DNA of 56,754 nt, the filler included, from Bipalium vagum (taxonomy: Eukaryota), in assembly GCA_037834085.1 (NCBI GenBank). It is 3 parts of 3 records of this genome, joined end to end, with 100 filler letters (N's around TTAATTAATTAA, not from the genome) between each part and the next. Parts side by side here need not be neighbours in the genome. Positions count along the whole stretch, not along the records: positions 38,781 to 56,754 come from JBBMKC010045065.1; 2 more parts are not named here. The stretch is one strand, 5' to 3'. Numbering within the stretch: position 1 is the stretch's first letter; each line of letters opens with the position of its first letter. Position numbers and translations under genes: made by a program. The notes under the pieces were generated by a model, which saw only the letters and a program-made list of their open reading frames with translations, was not told the DNA's origin and did not search any database. This document shows positions 51,435 through 56,754 of the stretch, piece after piece.

Positions 51435-51799
51435 CTATTGTTTAGATAAAGGTAAATAAAATTTGAAAGTTTACAACACTTAAGCAAAAATTCAATTAAA
51501 AAACAAATTTTAATATCAACCACGTTTAATGGTGTTACCATTTGAAAATTTTTTATGTGACAAATTAATTATTATTAATTAAAAATATTACAAATGAACT
51601 ACACTCATTAAGATCATCTCAATTGTCTTGACTCGAATTTGAGAATCAAGAACCAGTAATTCGAGCTTCGGTCATCCTTTACAATAGTTACAAAGCACTG
51701 CGCAAAGCATGGTTAAAACCTAGCCCCCTTCAGCTCACACAGGCACATATTCTTTTAGATATTTTAATATTAATCTGAATTTTTTTGAATAATAATTAT

Positions 51800-52930
51800 T
51801 ATAATCTACACTTTTGGTATGATGAACAATCCGAAATTATCAGAGCAAACACAGAACTGTCATGTAGTCATGTTATTATTCAAAAGTCATGTAGCTTGAC
51901 TTTCTGAAATTAATCAAAATGACTTAATCCTTCTTAATCAAGTTCATTAGAAGATCATGAAATTTGTAGGAATCATCGCCGAAACTTTAAAGCTCCTTCA
52001 TATGAGTAGGTTCGAAATGCTTTATACTAAACCATAAATAATTGTTCTTTAAATAAATGTTTTAAGGTATGTACAACTGTCTAACTGTAAACAATAATAA
52101 TTAAACTAATAATATACTACTCATAATATAGTAATTCTGTTTCAAAAGAGTGGATTTATTGATTTCAGTGAAAAATGTTGTTGATATTTAGGAAAACTTC
52201 TCAATCTCTTCATATATGCTTTTTCAGAAGACAAGAAAAAACTGATTTAATTGTATTACGAGAAATTGATAGACAAAATGGGAATGGTCGAACCAGACTA
52301 CGAGACGGTTGCCAAATTATAATATGCTGTTAATGTTACTAAAATTATGCCTACCCTTTGTGTGATATATTCTTTGAACGTGAAACATTAAATCACAAGC
52401 AGGTGTCTAGATTATGAAGAGCAACGAACAGAAGTATCAAAAGCCATTTTTAGCGCGGCTCCAAATTTCGGAAGAGGCATAGGTTTCTAGGAGAATCTTT
52501 CAAAGAATTGTTAGAAATGAACAGTTTAATTTTTTCAGAAAAGAGCATGTTTCTTGTTATTAACACATATGAACCGAAGACTTGAAGATTGAAATGGTAT
52601 CGAAAACATGAATTGTAATACATAGGACACATGAGAAAATTTTTAAGAAATGGTTAGAATCACATTCGTTCACCAGTTGAAGATCTTACCAGAATTTTCC
52701 AAGTAAAAAATGTTACGTTGTAAGCAAATCTAATATGCATAAAATAAAGATTTGATTTGCTGTTACCAAACAGATTTCGGAATATTTTCAACAGTATTAT
52801 AGACATATGAAGCATTCAGATATGAAGAGCCACAAAAGATATTTACAAAGTTTTACTGGAAGTAAACACTAACGTCTTTCTTCAGCACTAAGTCCTGTAT
52901 CATTAAACAGATGATTGCTTCCACAGGATA
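51800..52930 (+). mobile_element. Possible highly decayed Mutator-like (MULE) transposase remnant
   Basis: A less AT-rich tract with broken protein-like patches (FKAPSYE*VRNALY and CLDYEE..KAIF) loosely resembling MULE DFExA..F motifs. No TIRs were identified. Confidence 0.25.
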
Positions 52931-53610
52931 GCGACTATTGATATTAAGCATAATAATTTTTTGAGAATTTTTTACTTTCTACTCATAAAATATATTTTAT
53001 TATTTGCATATTTTTTAATTTTATCAATGTGTGATTGCATGACTTTTAATGAAAAAGTAATTAAAAATTGACGTTATTATATATTTACACCATCTTTTTC
53101 AAAATAAAATAATAAATTGAAAGAACCATTTATTTGGTCTTTTAAAAATCAATTTTGATATTTCTAAACGTAAATATATCTATGATAATAGTAACTCTCA
53201 AAAATTTGAAGTGAAAAAAATATTTAGTAAAATTTGCATATTTAAAATCCACGTTTATATAAATATAAATATATTAAAACAAATCCAAATTACTAACTGT
53301 AACATATAATATTTATGATAAATATTTGACAACTTGATATTTACAGTTCAATTAAATTTTTTGTCATTTGATACTTGAATCAGAAAAAGCGTGAAAATTA
53401 AAATGATGCCCACTGAAGTTATCTATTTTATTTTATATTAATTTTATCCTTAAATTAACTAAAAATCTAATTAAAAAATTAAAAATAAATTAAATAAAAC
53501 TTATTTTAATTCCTAATGATGATCTAAGTTACAGGGTTTGTAATCTCACTTCAAAAATTTGTAAGTTCATTTTAAATTTCAGAATTTGTCAGTAACATTG
53601 TTTAATTATA

Positions 53611-54620
53611 CTAAGTACACTAATTTTAACAAATTTGCATAGTTAACATTTAACAGCAAGTTTAATTTATTATTTTTAATTTTAGCATGTAGCATGCTTA
53701 AGAATGACAGAAAAAGAATTATTATAATAATGGACATTCGAGAAAAGAAATATCCAATATATTGAATGTTAAGTTATCAACGATTTATTCCCTTTTGAAA
53801 ATTTATTTAAGAGGACTGTATAAATCATAAATCAAAAAGTGATGAAAGAATGAAGGCATTAAATGTAGAACATTAATACATTAAAGTCTTGGATAGACGA
53901 AGATGCTAGCATAATTCTTGGAGCATTAAGATTAAGACTTGATATTTCAGTATGCGTAAAAACTGCAGAAGAGCATTAAAGGATTCTTATACATTTAAGA
54001 ATATATATTTCATGCCAACACGAAGAAATAAGGAAAGATTATTGGATGATCGAACAAAATACGCCCAATTCTTTTTAAACACTCACTATTTGATGAGGTC
54101 AATTTCAATATATACTTGAGCTGGGAAAAGAAAGGTCTTTAAGAGGAATGACATCCATTTATTCAAAATTTTCATAAGTTGCACTATGAATAAAAATAGA
54201 ATTGTTCATTACCACACAGAGACCATAACATAGAATACGATAACATTTCAAGCGTTATGAATTAATATCAAAAGTTAAAAACATGGATCTCTCGTATTCA
54301 TTATGTACAATGTTGTATTTCATAAATAAAGCACAATATGTGAAAAGATAGAAGATGGAGGTCACAGAGTACTATATAGTCCCTTATTCTACTTTTCTAA
54401 ATCCAATTGAAAATTTATTCTCAAAATAGAAACAAAACAAAAGACAATTTCGTTCAAAACATAAAAACTATTTCTTTTGTTTTATCAACATGGATAATTT
54501 AATAGCCACAGAAGATTGTAATTCTTATTATAGACACGTTTTGATTTCAAACTTTATGCATAATCAAGGAGCCAATATACGACGAATAGGTTTATTTGTA
54601 AATGTTTTTAGTATACTTAG
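53611..54620 (+). mobile_element. IS630/Tc1-like (DDE_3) DNA transposon pseudogene with TIRs
   Basis: TA|CTAAGTACACTAA ... TTAGTATACTTAG|TA. Patches read NNGHSRKEISNILNVKLSTIYS (HTH), KSWIDEDAS, YTFK..PTRRN, FDEVNFN, MYNVVFHK, GHRVLY..PYSTFLNPIENLFSK*K and EDCNSYYRH. It is absent from the ORF track. Confidence 0.85.
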
Positions 54621-54849
54621 TATATTTTCGTATTTATTTTTGAAAATTGTTTGCAATACCTTGAAATGAAGGTACAATTTTTTGAGAGGACATTAAAAAC
54701 TTTGTGTATGAGGTATTGAATCATAATATGAAAGTTTGACTATTCAACTTAGCTTAAATCTCATAATGGATATTAAGTTTTCGTAAAACTTTTATTACTG
54801 AAAAAAGTTGAAAAAATGAAAAAAATAATATATGCGTTGCGCGATTTGT

Positions 54850-55790
54850 AAGGTGAAAAAATAAACCATGTGGAATTTATTTAAGATGAACCACTTTATT
54901 AGTTTTCAATATATTCTCCTTTCTAATACATTTTGCAAGTGTGAACACATTTTCAAAACCATGCTCATAGCAAGTGAGGTATGTCGGAATGATGAGTTTT
55001 AAGAAGATCCTTTTGTGTCGAAAATCGTTGTTAACGCAGTTTATTTTCACACGTAGGAAAAAATCTGAAAAAGTAAAAATGTTAATTCATATATTTTTAA
55101 AATTTCGACGTCATTAAGTTTATTTCCATCTCTTGTTGGCTCCTTCTGATTCTGGGTATTTTCCTTTTCTTTTTAAATTTTCTATTGTTTTATTCCGCAT
55201 TCCGACAGATATTCGCAGTTTAAAAAGGTTAGTTAATAAGATGTCGAAGTTGGTTGGCGCTTAGACAGCATTTGAAATCATAGTTATAATGAGTGTGTGT
55301 TAAAAGTATCAGATTTTACAATGCAATATCGTTAAACATTCTAAGAAAAAACTCTAGATATTTGAAACCTTGAAATAGATTTAATAAAAATGAATATTTT
55401 TCAACAGGACATCCATAACACTAATGATAAAAAGAAGTCAGCATTTTTACACATTTGTGATATCTTAGCGGTCTGCTCTTCAATTGGATATTTAAGCTTC
55501 TTTAGTTTTTCTTGGAATTAAACTTTTGTCTTTAGGTATTCTCAAAGAAAATAATTCAACGCGGAAGGATCTGGTGATCTGTCTTCCCAATTGAATGGTT
55601 CTGGTCTCTCAATTCACCTTTCGTGAAATATAGGGTTAAAAGAATTTCTGACTTCAAGCGAGTAATGAGCAAGAACTCCATACTGTTGAAGAATAACTTT
55701 TGACCTTGTTCATCGACAAAGTTCTCCATTGTTCTCCGTTTCAACTTTCTTAAATTTCGTTTTATTGATGTTGGCTTATTCATCTGAGAA
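54850..55790 (-). mobile_element. Possible decayed MULE/SWIM-type transposase remnant
   Basis: Broken patches TC....KMCSHL (SWIM-like), SNAV* and ADR*DITN. ORF 55556..55783 has no recognisable motif. Confidence 0.25.
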
Positions 55791-56065
55791 ACCAGTCTTT
55801 AATTGACAACATTTGATTATAGTAACATGGGTTAGAAAATTATCTTAGACTTCCAGAAAATAATAATATCTTTCAATAAAATAAAATATAAAATAATTTA
55901 CGAATATTTATTTATATTAATATTTAATATAATATTTAATATTAATTTATATCAATTTTAATTATATTATAATAAAAGAAAAAAATATTAAAATTAATAT
56001 AATTTATCATATTTACGATCGTATACAAATAGAAATGTATTTTGAGGTTTTAAATTATAATTTAC

Positions 56066-56302
56066 CTATTTTATTCATTGAAGAATTAATTAACTTTTCA
56101 GTGTTAACTTTAGGAGATTTGTGAGAATAAGTTACAACTGAAGGATCCACCGTGATTCCTCCATTAAGTTTTAAAATCGTTTCATCTTTTCGCTTTACAC
56201 TTGACAGGTGATCATTACCCGTTAGGCGCTTAGACCAGATTGTTTTATTTTCACTATCTTTCTTGTTTAATTTATCTTCGGATAAGGCAATCATGATAGG
56301 CT
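56066..56302 (-). CDS. Unknown single-pass membrane protein, cytoplasmic exon
   Basis: Strong TTGTCTTTCTTTCCAG acceptor and G|GTAAAT donor, 237 nt, phase 1-1. Reads (E)PIMIALSEDKLNKK...EKLINSSMNKI. Confidence 0.75.
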
Positions 56303-56370
56303 CTGGAAAGAAAGACAATCTTTAATTTAAATCTTATCCTAAAAGAATCAACAAATATCAGAAGTATTAC

Positions 56371-56589
56371 CGTAATATAAGCGATTATTGAGGGATGCAC
56401 TATTGGTATCAGGTTGACTAGGATTGTTTTGGTTTTTCGTTTGATCCTTCTTCTTAGAATGAATTGTAATAACAAGACAAAATACCATAGATAAAATTAA
56501 TATAACAGCGATTGTACTGAGAATAATAGCATGATCACGATAAGCTTTAATTTTAGCTATTTCCTCATCACTAAGCTTTTTATTTTTCA
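56371..56589 (-). CDS. Unknown single-pass membrane protein, transmembrane exon
   Basis: TTTAG acceptor and G|GTAATA donor, 219 nt, phase 1-1. A 23-residue hydrophobic helix AIILSTIAVILILSMVFCLVITI is followed by HSKKK. A 68-nt intron joins the two listed ORFs in frame. Confidence 0.78.
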
Positions 56590-56754
56590 CTAAATTTCAT
56601 AAATAAATCAATAATATCTTTATATTAATAAATTATTGATAAATGTTACGAAAATCACTTAATGGCGAATTCTTAACTATTAGGTGTTTTAATTAATTTC
56701 CGCCGCTAATAAAACAGAGCGGTAATTTCAAAATAATTTATTTTTAAGAATAAA

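Noticed and set aside
51094-51760. Insulin-receptor-substrate-like gene (RASS motif; PH/PTB-like patch at about 51.65 kb)
   Set aside because: The 51.6-51.75 kb patch has stops in all minus-strand frames, and the terminal exon is phase-compatible with the TM exons instead.
5732-55783. Most short ORFs in the supplied track (e.g. 5732, 7849, 8675, 9068, 11414, 15687, 16063, 18573, 19325, 19788, 20723, 21967, 24262, 25844, 27514, 30577, 30865, 36025, 50644, 52450)
   Set aside because: They are I/F/L/K/N-rich translations expected from AT-rich non-coding DNA, or antisense and alternate-frame shadows of real exons and transposons (e.g. 20209, 20252, 20337, 39270, 40486, 44275, 46422, 56272).
1-56754. 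CRISPR array, operon or prokaryotic defence system
   Set aside because: There are no regularly spaced repeats with unique spacers and no gene-dense operon structure. The DNA is spliceosomal-intron-containing animal sequence.

Overview
Very AT-rich (roughly three-quarters A+T by eye), intron-containing animal nuclear DNA. It is probably a flatworm-like invertebrate, inferred from the tropomyosin and Wnt sequences and the 43-45 nt introns. The window is three contigs joined by two artificial 100-nt spacers (44 N + TTAATTAATTAA + 44 N) at 18133-18232 and 38681-38780. Host genes reconstructed by hand from splice sites: (1) the last two exons of an amphiphysin/BIN1-type SH3 protein, + strand, join(2516..2881,4176..4259); (2) the last exon of a divergent Wnt ligand, + strand, 20104..20501; (3) a complete 249-aa short-form tropomyosin, - strand, 8 exons from 37651 to 31009, with the conserved 134/118/71/76/63/70-nt internal exons; (4) the 3' part of an unrecognised single-pass membrane protein, - strand, join(56589..56371,56302..56066,51434..51094); (5) a low-confidence spliced gene or pseudogene, - strand, about 42.8-43.8 kb and possibly extending to about 50 kb. 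The remainder is a transposon graveyard: about 20 dead Tc1/mariner copies and MITEs, including one clear nested insertion, an IS630-like element with TIRs, a Ty3/Gypsy gag-pro-RT fragment, other LTR debris, two copies of a tRNA-Ala-derived SINE-like repeat, and (AAT)n microsatellites. There is no prokaryotic system or CRISPR array. The best novelty candidates are a phase-compatible alternative tropomyosin terminal exon with a hydrophobic tail, the orphan membrane protein, the SINE, and the cryptic minus-strand gene. None is confirmed without RNA or homology data.
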